Below are positions 31,832-32,000 of a stretch of DNA of 32,000 nt, in pieces (the stretch's first letter is position 1; each line of letters opens with the position of its first letter). The translations under genes were made by a program, and so were the position numbers. Location of the stretch: NCBI RefSeq assembly GCF_003010495.1, contig NZ_CP027570.1:1080001-1112000 (forward strand), read 5' to 3'. Source of the DNA: Megasphaera elsdenii DSM 20460 (lineage in GTDB: Bacteria > Bacillota > Negativicutes > Veillonellales > Megasphaeraceae). Under the pieces are notes generated by a model that saw nothing but the letters and a program-made list of their open reading frames with translations, was not told the DNA's origin and did no database searches.

Positions 31832-32000
31832 TTGAAACGACAAGCACCGGAACTTTCACAACAGTATATCCAGCCATTGGCTGATGTCTTCAAGGTCCTC
31901 GGGGATCCGACGCGGCTGCGCATCCTGCGCGTCCTCATGAATCAGGAAGTCTGTGTCCGGGATATTGCCGATGAGCTCGGCATGGGCCAGTCTGCCGTAT
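31832..32000 (+). CDS. ArsR/SmtB family transcriptional regulator, N-terminal 56 codons (3' end outside the window)
   Basis: This ORF is not in the supplied track. My own translation from TTG 31832 (AGGAG 8 nt upstream) gives LKRQAPELSQQYIQPLADVFKVLGDPTRLRILRVLMNQEVCVRDIADELGMGQSAV, the classic ArsR wHTH. Confidence 0.75.
   Translation, partial: MKRQAPELSQQYIQPLADVFKVLGDPTRLRILRVLMNQEVCVRDIADELGMGQSAV

Overview
This is a 32 kb chromosomal segment with about 35 protein-coding genes, one tRNA, two recognisable riboswitch-class leaders and several families of intergenic repeats. The background is GC-rich: single 60-nt lines I counted by hand at 1501 and 28021 are 63% and 60% GC. Firmicute-type regulatory RNAs (SAM-I riboswitch, T-box) occur together with gmhA and an OMP-like C-terminal signal. 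That combination suggests a diderm Firmicute (Negativicutes-like), but this is inference only.

Gene content from left to right:
- cobT 3' end
- a small DinJ-like ORF
- an Old Yellow Enzyme family flavin oxidoreductase
- a low-GC AAA+/DUF234 ATPase
- a two-gene operon of an NYN-LOTUS protein and a membrane protein
- an EamA transporter
- the murQ-murP-mupG MurNAc catabolic operon
- tRNA-Arg(CCT)
- a gltD-like oxidoreductase, a beta-carbonic anhydrase and gmhA
- a TPR lipoprotein
- a NusG-II/Gx-transporter pair
- a lipoprotein
- a DEDDh exonuclease followed by an AEC transporter
- a SAM-riboswitch-controlled orphan metQ
- an MFS transporter with an unassigned structured leader
- a GlcD/D-lactate dehydrogenase-like flavoprotein
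- an MFS transporter followed by a small secreted protein
- a T-box-controlled M20 amidohydrolase-metN-metI-metQ operon in which metN is frameshifted
- a HAD phosphatase
- znuA divergent from znuCB-zur
- a nitroreductase
- the start of an ArsR-family regulator

I found no CRISPR array, restriction-modification system, integrase, transposase or other canonical mobile or defence module.

The observations most worth follow-up are:
1. Two families of heptamer-array inverted-repeat modules fused to intrinsic terminators.
2. The NYN-LOTUS gene paired with a membrane-anchored, catalytically degenerate exonuclease-like protein, next to a low-GC AAA+/PD-(D/E)xK gene.
3. An unassigned attenuator-like leader upstream of an MFS transporter.
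4. A perfect 8-bp tandem duplication that splits metN in a low-GC, T-box-regulated methionine-uptake operon.

All calls rest on reading the sequence and ORF translations by eye. No database search was run.
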